From contig OZ244999.1 of assembly GCA_965223265.1 (NCBI GenBank), positions 2,016,001-2,080,000 of the forward strand: a stretch of 64,000 nucleotides of DNA. The letters are read 5' to 3'. Of this stretch, positions 19,371 through 26,966 are shown piece by piece. The stretch comes from Planctomycetota bacterium. GTDB taxonomy: Bacteria > Planctomycetota > UBA8108 > SXIK01. Numbering within the stretch: position 1 is the first letter of the stretch; each line of letters begins with the position of its first letter. The notes beneath the pieces were generated by a model. That model made no database searches and had not been told where the DNA came from. It saw only the letters and a program-made list of their open reading frames with translations. The position numbers and the translations under genes are program-made.

Positions 19371-19426
19371 CAGTCGACCCGTGCGGATCGCGCTGAGCGT
19401 GGAGCGGGCACTTCGGCTCGTCGACT

Positions 19427-20812
19427 TCAGCCACGGCGCAACTTGCCTCTCCATGAAAGCCAGCCGCGTCGCTTCATCATGTCGAGGTGGACTGCCGCCA
19501 GGATCACCAGACCGAAAACGACTTTTTGCGAGTGGCTCTCGATGCCCACGAGGTTCATGCCGTTTCGTATCACCGCAATGATGAAAGCTCCGATCAGCGT
19601 CCCGAGGACCCGCCCTTCGCCGCCCATGAGGCTCGTGCCACCGACGACCACGGCGGCGATGACGTAGAGCTCATACATGAGTCCGTAGGTCGGTGAGCCA
19701 CTCTCGAGCTGAGACGCGGTCACTACGCCGCCGAGGCCGGCCAGAAGTCCGGAGACGGTGTAGACGAGGAGGAGGACTTTCTTGACGGGTACGCCTGAAA
19801 GCCGTGCGGCTTCGCGATTTCCGCCGACAGCATAGATGTGTCGCCCGACGACTGTACGTGTCATGACAACGTGGGCCGCAGCGTAAAGTAGAAGCATCAG
19901 CAAGACTGAGTTTGGAATCCGGATCGCGTCGGAGCTGCGGCTGAGCCAGCCGAATGAACTCGGAATCTCGTGCACCGATTGGCTCTGTGTCAGCCAGTAG
20001 GCGGTCCCGCTCGCTACAAGCATCATGGCGAGTGTGACGATGAAGGGAGGAATGCCGACGATGATGTTGAATCCTGAGAAGCCACCGACGAGACCGCAGA
20101 TGCCGACAGCGCCAAGGCAAGAGAGCGTCATCCCGAGAGGAGTCGCGGCCTCTGCACCAGCGAACTCGCGCATGAACAGCGTCGCGAGCACCGCCGACAG
20201 AGCGATCAAGCTGCCAACGGAGAGGTCGATTCCCCCGGTGATAATCACCGCGGTCATGCCGATCGCGATCATGGCGATCACTGCGATTTGGTCCGCAACG
20301 TTTCTGAGGTTGGAGACGGTCAAGAAGTCAGGCCACACGTAGGTCGGAGGCGTTTTCACAGCAACGGACTTGAGTTTGGGGAAGCTCGAGCCAAGTCGCT
20401 CAACGAACGGCAGATTGGCCGTCTGGTGCGTGCACGCCAGTATGTCGGGCGGCGTGTCAGCGGAAGCCAGGCGCGAGAACGCGTCGCGTAGATCGCTCGG
20501 GTCCCCTTGGACAACTGCGAGCAGAGTGACGTCTGTCTCTTCGAGCTGCGTCGTGAGCGCTGCCAAAAACTCAGCCTCTTCACTACCGGGGCGCCCGACG
20601 GCAAGAACGCGCGCTTGTGGCGTCTCCTTGACGATGGCGGCTGTTAGCTCCGTACCGGCCGCAGTTCCGGTGGGGTGCTGTTCCTTGACGGTAGCGAAAC
20701 AGAAGAGCGCGCACAAAAAAACGAGCACGCCCGCCATACTGTAGTCAGAAAAGAAGCGGGCGAAGAGAGTGCGCATACCTACTTTCGAGACGGTTTCGTG
20801 TGAGCGTTTCAT
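19427..20812 (-). CDS. rbsC: Monosaccharide (ribose-type) ABC permease with an extra N-terminal soluble domain
   Basis: GGIDLSVGS, GRHIYAVGGNREAARLSG and YELYVIAAVVVGGTSLMGGEG. ATGA overlap with the ATPase gene. Substrate uncertain. Confidence 0.85.
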   Translation of the reverse strand: MKRSHETVSKVGMRTLFARFFSDYSMAGVLVFLCALFCFATVKEQHPTGTAAGTELTAAIVKETPQARVLAVGRPGSEEAEFLAALTTQLEETDVTLLAVVQGDPSDLRDAFSRLASADTPPDILACTHQTANLPFVERLGSSFPKLKSVAVKTPPTYVWPDFLTVSNLRNVADQIAVIAMIAIGMTAVIITGGIDLSVGSLIALSAVLATLFMREFAGAEAATPLGMTLSCLGAVGICGLVGGFSGFNIIVGIPPFIVTLAMMLVASGTAYWLTQSQSVHEIPSSFGWLSRSSDAIRIPNSVLLMLLLYAAAHVVMTRTVVGRHIYAVGGNREAARLSGVPVKKVLLLVYTVSGLLAGLGGVVTASQLESGSPTYGLMYELYVIAAVVVGGTSLMGGEGRVLGTLIGAFIIAVIRNGMNLVGIESHSQKVVFGLVILAAVHLDMMKRRGWLSWRGKLRRG

Positions 20813-22326
20813 TGCACCGCGAGTCGCATGATGTCTTCTTGAGTTGCATGCTCGACGTCGGAGATTTCGCCGCAAACGCGTCCATCATGCATGACGATGA
20901 TCCGGTCTGCCATGCCGAGGACTTCCGGCAGTTCCGAACTCACCATCACGATCGCTTTCCCCTGCGCTGCAAGCTCATTGATGAGCAAGTAGATCTCGTA
21001 CTTCGCTCCGATGTCGATGCCGCGAGTCGGTTCATCGAAGAGGAGCACCTCACAGTTTCTCTCCAGCCACTTCGCCAGGACGACCTTCTGCTGATTTCCT
21101 CCCGACAAGTCTCGCGCGTATTGGTCGACGTGCGAGACACGAAGTTGAAGGCTATCGATGAAACGGTTGAGACGGTTTCTCTCCTGTCGTTCCGAAACGA
21201 AGCCGAGGTGCGAGAGCTGTTTAAGATTCGGTAGACCAAAATTCTCACGCACTGACTGCGTCAGCACCAATCCGCTGGCTTTGCGATCCTCGGTGAGCAG
21301 GCAGATACCGCTACGGATTGCGTCGCGCGGATTCGAAATCGACAGACGCCTCCCGTCAAGCTCCACGCTGCCACCGCGGCGGCGATCTGCTCCAAAGATT
21401 AGGCGCAGGGTCTCCGTGCGACCTGATCCGACGAGACCTGTGAGCGCCACGACTTCACCTCGTCGTACGGAAAAAGAGACACCGTACACCTGATCGCCTT
21501 CAAGATCTGAGACGACGAACCGGCGTTCGCCGATAGGGCACGATTCCTTCGGAAACTCGTTTTCGAGCCGACGCCCGACCATGGCTTCGATCAAGCCGTC
21601 GCGCGTCACATCTTCGATCGCCTCCGTGCTGACATGCGCGCCATCGCGAAGCACCATGACACGGTCGGCCACGGCAAAAATCTCATCGAGGCGATGGCTG
21701 ATATAGATGATTCCGATTCCTTGAGACCGCAGCTCACGCATCATTTCGAAGAGATGTTCCACTTCCTGTGACGTGAGCGTCGCACTCGGCTCATCCATCA
21801 CCAGTATGCGAGCGTCAAGGGCGAGCGCTTTCGCAATCTCGACGATTTGTTGCTGCGCAACGGTCAACTCTCCGCAACGAGCATCTGGATCAATGGCAAC
21901 GCCAATACGATCGAAGAGTTTGCACGCGCGGCGGTGCTGCTCTCGTCGCCGCACGAATCCGACGGTGGCGTCTTCGTGGCCGAGAAAGATGTTGTCGGTA
22001 ACGGTGAGTGACGGAACCAGGTTGAACTCCTGGTAGATCACGGCGACGCCTGCTCGTAGCGCGTCGGCGGGAGTCGAGACTCCCGGGTCTTTTCCATCGA
22101 TGCGGATGCAGCCACCGTCAGGTCGGTGGGCACCGGCGAGCACTTTGATCAGTGTGCTCTTGCCAGCGCCGTTTTCTCCGAGCAACGCAAGAATTTCTCC
22201 CGGCCGTAGCTCCAGATCGACGCCCCTGAGAGCCTTCACTCCCGGAAATGCCTTCTCGATGCGCCTCATGCTGAGGAGCGGAGGTGCTGGGGCTTCATGC
22301 GGGTTGGTTGCCGCGGCGCTGGTCAT
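20809..22326 (-). CDS. rbsA: Monosaccharide ABC ATPase with two NBDs
   Basis: GENGAGKST, MDEP, LSGGNQQK and DEPTRGIDIGAK. Confidence 0.92.
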   Translation of the reverse strand: MTSAAATNPHEAPAPPLLSMRRIEKAFPGVKALRGVDLELRPGEILALLGENGAGKSTLIKVLAGAHRPDGGCIRIDGKDPGVSTPADALRAGVAVIYQEFNLVPSLTVTDNIFLGHEDATVGFVRRREQHRRACKLFDRIGVAIDPDARCGELTVAQQQIVEIAKALALDARILVMDEPSATLTSQEVEHLFEMMRELRSQGIGIIYISHRLDEIFAVADRVMVLRDGAHVSTEAIEDVTRDGLIEAMVGRRLENEFPKESCPIGERRFVVSDLEGDQVYGVSFSVRRGEVVALTGLVGSGRTETLRLIFGADRRRGGSVELDGRRLSISNPRDAIRSGICLLTEDRKASGLVLTQSVRENFGLPNLKQLSHLGFVSERQERNRLNRFIDSLQLRVSHVDQYARDLSGGNQQKVVLAKWLERNCEVLLFDEPTRGIDIGAKYEIYLLINELAAQGKAIVMVSSELPEVLGMADRIIVMHDGRVCGEISDVEHATQEDIMRLAVQ

Positions 22327-22383
22327 CCCTACGGATTGTCGTCGTGGTTCACGAGGCTCGATCCTCCACCAGAATGCTTGCAG

Positions 22384-23361
22384 TTACTGCAGCGACGGGT
22401 CTTTGTCGGCGTCGGACTTGCGGTAGAGAGTCGTTGGGATGTCGTATTCGGACTCGACGGGTTGGCCGTCCAGATACCGTAGAATGGCCGTCGCGGTGCG
22501 CTGCCCCATCTCGTCAGGATGTTGGATGGGGTCAGCGTAGATTCGACCGTCTTTGATCGCTTGTTTACCCTCGGGCTGGCCGTCGAAACCGACGACCACG
22601 ATCTGCTCGGACTTGCCGGCACTTTCGATCGCGCGACACGCGCCGATCGCAGCGGGGTCGTTGATCGCGAAGAGTCCAGTGAGATCAGGAAACTTCTGTA
22701 CCGCGTCTTGTGCAGCGCTGAAGCCTTGTTCGGGGGTGCCGCCGCACGGCAGTTCAACCACGATCTCGATTTTGCCGCCGCGTTCGCTCGTGTTGTGAGC
22801 TTCGATAACTTCCTTAAAGCCACGCTCGCGCTCGATGCAGGACTCGACCACGTCGTAGTCGAGAAGGGCCACTTTGCCCCCCGTCTCGCCGAGCGCTTCG
22901 ACCATCGCGTCGCCCGCTAGTTTGCCGCCGCCGTAGTTGTCGCTGCCGACGTGAGCGACGACCTTCGCTTCTGGGTCGAGACAGCGGATGTCGACAGTGA
23001 AAACAGGTATCCCTGCCTTGTTGGCGTCTACGATAGCTGGACCGATGGCAGCTGAGTCGCGCGGGTTGACGACGATGGCAACGACGTTCTTGACGATGAA
23101 GTCTTTGAACTGATCACGCTGCTTGGCGACGTCTTCTTCGCCGCTTTGTAGGTCAATCGTGTACCCGTGCTGCCTCAACTCCTGTTCGAGATTTTCGGCG
23201 ATCACCATAAAAAATGGGTTCGTCAGGTTTTGGAGTGTGACACCGACGACCCCTTTGTTCTTCGTTTCCGTTGCCTGCCCTCCATTGCCCTCGTCAGAAC
23301 CGCAACCTACACAACACATCACGAGCAGCGAACATGAGAAAATCGCGCGGTGCAACACCAC
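22384..23361 (-). CDS. rbsB: Sugar-binding lipoprotein
   Basis: Lipobox VGC. NPFF, GIPVFTVD, VGSDNYGGG and VVVGFDG motifs. Confidence 0.88.
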   Translation of the reverse strand: MVLHRAIFSCSLLVMCCVGCGSDEGNGGQATETKNKGVVGVTLQNLTNPFFMVIAENLEQELRQHGYTIDLQSGEEDVAKQRDQFKDFIVKNVVAIVVNPRDSAAIGPAIVDANKAGIPVFTVDIRCLDPEAKVVAHVGSDNYGGGKLAGDAMVEALGETGGKVALLDYDVVESCIERERGFKEVIEAHNTSERGGKIEIVVELPCGGTPEQGFSAAQDAVQKFPDLTGLFAINDPAAIGACRAIESAGKSEQIVVVGFDGQPEGKQAIKDGRIYADPIQHPDEMGQRTATAILRYLDGQPVESEYDIPTTLYRKSDADKDPSLQ

Positions 23362-23521
23362 CGTTATTCCTCCGACAAGGGGCTATCACGATACCAGCTA
23401 TGGTGCTCACTCTATCAAAACCTGCGCGTCGCTGTCCATCGACGCCTGTCGCGGCTGGCGATCTCCGTATCCGCCGGGAGCGGGCTTGACTCGCAACACC
23501 CTCTGAGCAAGACTTCGAGGC

Positions 23522-26011
23522 ATGAATTTCGAGGAATCTAGAGTGCCGACTGACCGGCTGCGACAGACGTGTGACCCGGCTTTGTTCAGCGCTCACTCTA
23601 CTGCCGACATGGAGCCACTCGCTGGTGTGCTTGGGCAAGAGCGCGCTGTCCGTTCGATCGAGTTCGGACTCGATATCTCGAGTTCTGGATTCAATCTCTT
23701 CATCGCCGGGGAGCCTGGCACCGGGCGCACGACGATCCTTATGGACATTCTTAGACGGCGAGCTCAGACGCTACCGACGCCTGACGATGTCGTTTTTGTC
23801 CACAACTTTGAGAATCCCGACACGCCTCGTGTCATGCGTTTGCCACCGAAACAGGGTGCGAGATTCGTTCGACGCATGTCTGAGACAGTCGACGAGTTAC
23901 AAAAGCAGATTGCGCGTGCCTTAGAAAGTAAGGAGTATCGCGAACAGGCGCGGGTCTCGTCGGAGCGCAATCAAGAGCTGAAGAAGCAGCGTCTCGACGC
24001 GCTGACGCAAGCTGCGGCGACAGATTCCGTCGACATCAAGGCGACTCCCGAAGGGTTTCAGCCAATCCCCCTCGATCGCAGCGGGAAACCTTTCACCGAA
24101 GTTGCGTACAAGCAGTTGGATGACGCCGGGCGCAAGGCTTTGCAAGAACGCCTGGAAAAGGTACAGGGGCTCATTCGCGAGTTTGTCGCGGAGGTGAAAC
24201 AGATCGATCGGAGCCACAAGGCGGAGTTGAAGGCGCTCGATCGTCGCGTCGTGACGGCTGTTCTCGAGGATGTGCTGCTTGACCTTCGCCAAGAGTTTGC
24301 GGCGCACTCGGACGTCTTGCGCTATCTCGACGCGGTCGAGTCAGACGTGCTCGATCACCTCGACGATTTTCGACAAACGGAGCCGCCGGTCGCTGTGGTG
24401 CCGGGTTTGACGTTGCCTACACGTGAACCCGATCTGACGCGCTATTCGGTGAATCTTGTCGTCGACAACTCGAGCGTCGAAGGCGCTCCGGTCGTGCTCG
24501 AGACGAATCCCACCTATGGAAACCTCGTCGGACGCATCGAGCGCCGCGCTCAGTTGGGGACGCTTGTGACCGACTTCACGATGATCCGTGCCGGCGCGCT
24601 TGCCAAGGCGAACGGCGGGTTTCTTGTCGTTGACGTCGAAGATCTCCTTGGGGCGCCTCATTCCTACCAAGCCCTCAAGCACGTTCTGAAAGACCGGGTT
24701 CTCGCAATCGAAGACCTTGGTGAGCGACTCGGGCTGCTGGCGACGCAGTCACTCCGTCCGCAGCCGATCCACCTCGACCTCAAGATTTGCCTGACGGGGA
24801 AGCCACTCTACTACCACGCGCTCTTCGCCCAGGACGCCGACTTTCGCGCTAGCTTCAAGGTGAAGGCGGACTTTGACTCTGACACCGAACGTTCAGACGA
24901 AGCGATCCGAGGCTTTGGTTCACTGGTCGCTCGGTTGGTGAACGAAGAGGGCTTGCTACCCTTCGATCGTACGGCCCTTGCAGCCCTTGTCGACGAGAGC
25001 TCGCGGCTCGTCGAAGATCAGAACAAGCTGTCTCTCGCCTTTGGTCAGATCAACGATCTCGTTCGAGAGGTGGGATACTGGGCCAAGAAGGATGGCGGCG
25101 ATCACGCCGCGGCAGCCGACGTCGAACGCGCTGTGAAGGAGCGGGACTTTCGCTCCAGTCTTGCCAGCGAACGCGTGCAAGAGCTGATCGAGCGGGATGT
25201 CCTCATGGTCGACACCAGCACCGCGACGGTGGGTCAGATCAACGGCCTAGCCGTGCATCAGTTGGGCGACTATCGTTTTGGGCGTCCGAGTCGCATTACG
25301 GCGAGTGTGCGCGTGGGAACCGAAGGCGTCATCAACATCGAGCGGCGCGTGAGTCTGTCCCATAGCTCGCACGACAAGGGTGTCCTGATCCTCGTCGGAT
25401 TCGTTGGTGCACGTTTCGCCATGGAGCGCCCGTTGGCCTTGTCCGCGTCGATCACATTCGAGCAATCCTACGGCGAGATTGCAGGCGATTCGGCTTCGAC
25501 GACCGAGCTTTATGTACTCCTTTCGGCGCTTTCTGGACTGCCGATTCGACAAGGCGTCGCCGTGACCGGATCCGTCAATCAGCGTGGGGAGGTGCAGGCA
25601 ATTGGCGGCGTGAACCACAAGATCGAGGGGTTTTTCGACCTGTGCGCCGCGCGCGGCTTGACCGGAGACCAGGGTGTTCTTATTCCGGTGCAAAACGTCC
25701 AACACTTGATGTTGCGACGTGACGTCGTCGACGCGGTGAAAGCCGGCCAGTTCAGTGTCTGGGCGATCGATCATGTCGACCGCGGCATGGAAGTACTCAC
25801 AGGGGTCGAAGCCGGAGTCCAGGACGATGGAGGGAACTGGACGCCAGGTTCGGTCAACGATCTCGTGGCGCGCCGTTTCCGAGATCTGAGCGACCGACTG
25901 CTGGGGGCGAGCGGCGCCGAGTCACACTCGGGCCCGGATATCATCCTGCCGAGCGACGTCGGTTGGGTGGACGCTCCGCCGCCGACGCCGCCAGGGCCGC
26001 CCCCGGCGTAA
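23522..26011 (+). CDS. Lon-like (S16, LonC/LonB type) protease
   Basis: GQERA, degenerate Walker A GEPGTGRTT, NPTYGNLVGRIE, catalytic GDSAS and GGVNHKIEGF. Confidence 0.92.
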   Translation: MNFEESRVPTDRLRQTCDPALFSAHSTADMEPLAGVLGQERAVRSIEFGLDISSSGFNLFIAGEPGTGRTTILMDILRRRAQTLPTPDDVVFVHNFENPDTPRVMRLPPKQGARFVRRMSETVDELQKQIARALESKEYREQARVSSERNQELKKQRLDALTQAAATDSVDIKATPEGFQPIPLDRSGKPFTEVAYKQLDDAGRKALQERLEKVQGLIREFVAEVKQIDRSHKAELKALDRRVVTAVLEDVLLDLRQEFAAHSDVLRYLDAVESDVLDHLDDFRQTEPPVAVVPGLTLPTREPDLTRYSVNLVVDNSSVEGAPVVLETNPTYGNLVGRIERRAQLGTLVTDFTMIRAGALAKANGGFLVVDVEDLLGAPHSYQALKHVLKDRVLAIEDLGERLGLLATQSLRPQPIHLDLKICLTGKPLYYHALFAQDADFRASFKVKADFDSDTERSDEAIRGFGSLVARLVNEEGLLPFDRTALAALVDESSRLVEDQNKLSLAFGQINDLVREVGYWAKKDGGDHAAAADVERAVKERDFRSSLASERVQELIERDVLMVDTSTATVGQINGLAVHQLGDYRFGRPSRITASVRVGTEGVINIERRVSLSHSSHDKGVLILVGFVGARFAMERPLALSASITFEQSYGEIAGDSASTTELYVLLSALSGLPIRQGVAVTGSVNQRGEVQAIGGVNHKIEGFFDLCAARGLTGDQGVLIPVQNVQHLMLRRDVVDAVKAGQFSVWAIDHVDRGMEVLTGVEAGVQDDGGNWTPGSVNDLVARRFRDLSDRLLGASGAESHSGPDIILPSDVGWVDAPPPTPPGPPPA

Positions 26012-26017
26012 CGTCGA

Positions 26018-26188
26018 CAGAGGCAGAGGCGGAGGCAGATGCAGAGTGCTGGTACGCCCACACCCACGCACACGCCCACGCCCACGCAAACGCAAACGCA
26101 AACGCAAACGCAAACGCACACGCACACGCTCACACCCACGCCCACGCCCACGCCCATGCCCACGCCCACGCCCACGCTCACGCCCACC
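26018..26188. repeat. Bipartite hexamer microsatellite (CAGAGG)n then (CACGCN/AACGCA)n
   Basis: Directly visible immediately after the protease stop codon. Confidence 0.9.
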
Positions 26189-26274
26189 GGTGCGGCCGCG
26201 GCGATCGAGCCTAACGTAGAGGAGAGCTCTTCTGCCCCGTGCGTGCGGCGGCGGTTTTGTCGATCGTAACCAAA

Positions 26275-26339
26275 CGAGAGACGGCCTCAAGGGTACCCTC
26301 GCTGCGCTCGGCGCTTCGCGCCCTTGACCCCGTCTCTCG
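26275..26339 (+). promoter_or_regulatory. Conserved branched hairpin upstream of the four-helix-bundle gene, copy 1
   Basis: Stems CGAGAGACGG/CCGTCTCTCG and TCAAGGG/CCCTTGA. Core 26287-26328 is 41/42 identical to the reverse complement of 57424-57465. Confidence 0.85.
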
Positions 26340-26413
26340 GTCGGTTGTCGGTAGTGAAACGCCGCCGCGTCGGGCGTCGGCGACAGTTCACTCAACCGTT
26401 ACCGGAGTCACTC

Positions 26414-26737
26414 ATGGGCTTTCTCGCTTTGGATCACACTTTTGTCATCGTTCGTCAGCTGCGCCCGCTTGTCTCGAGCGTTCGTCGTCACGACTCGAAG
26501 CTGGCCGCTCAGCTGCGCGACGCAGGCTCTTCTCTGGCGCTCAGTTTGGGCGAAGGCAATCGACGCGAGGGGCGTGACCGCGGGCATCTTTGGCGCATCG
26601 CTTCGGGCAGCGCTGAAGAGGTGTGCACGGCACTTCGGGTTGCTGAAGCTCGGGGCTACATCGATGCATCGCACACCGCTGCGGTACTCGCGGACATCGA
26701 TGCGCTGCAGGCGATGCTCTGGAAGCTGACGCACTGA
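26414..26737 (+). CDS. Four-helix-bundle protein (23S rRNA IVP / Avd-like), 107 aa
   Basis: GGAG RBS. LAAQLRDAGSSLALSLGEG and RIASGSAEEV match the QLRRA.SI..NIAEG..IARGS..E family signature. Confidence 0.9.
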   Translation: MGFLALDHTFVIVRQLRPLVSSVRRHDSKLAAQLRDAGSSLALSLGEGNRREGRDRGHLWRIASGSAEEVCTALRVAEARGYIDASHTAAVLADIDALQAMLWKLTH

Positions 26738-26776
26738 CGCAGGAGCCTCGGGCCCGCCGTGCACGTGGCGGGCTTG

Positions 26777-26840
26777 AGACAGAGGCGCGCGCCCACGGTC
26801 ACCGTCACCCAGGCCCACGCCCACGCCCACGCAAACGCCT
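26777..26840. repeat. Short AGAGGC + (CACGCC)n tract downstream of the four-helix-bundle gene
   Basis: gagacagaggc ... cacggt caccgt ... cacgcc cacgcc cacgca aacgcc. Confidence 0.7.
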
Positions 26841-26966
26841 CGTCTCGCCGGCGCCCTCGGTCCAAGCCCAATCCGGCCGAACGGACGGTCCGAGCCCAAG
26901 CGCGCAGCTCCCACTCCGTCCGCTCGTTCCTGCGCGAACGCGAATGACCTTGCCCTCGATCTCCCC

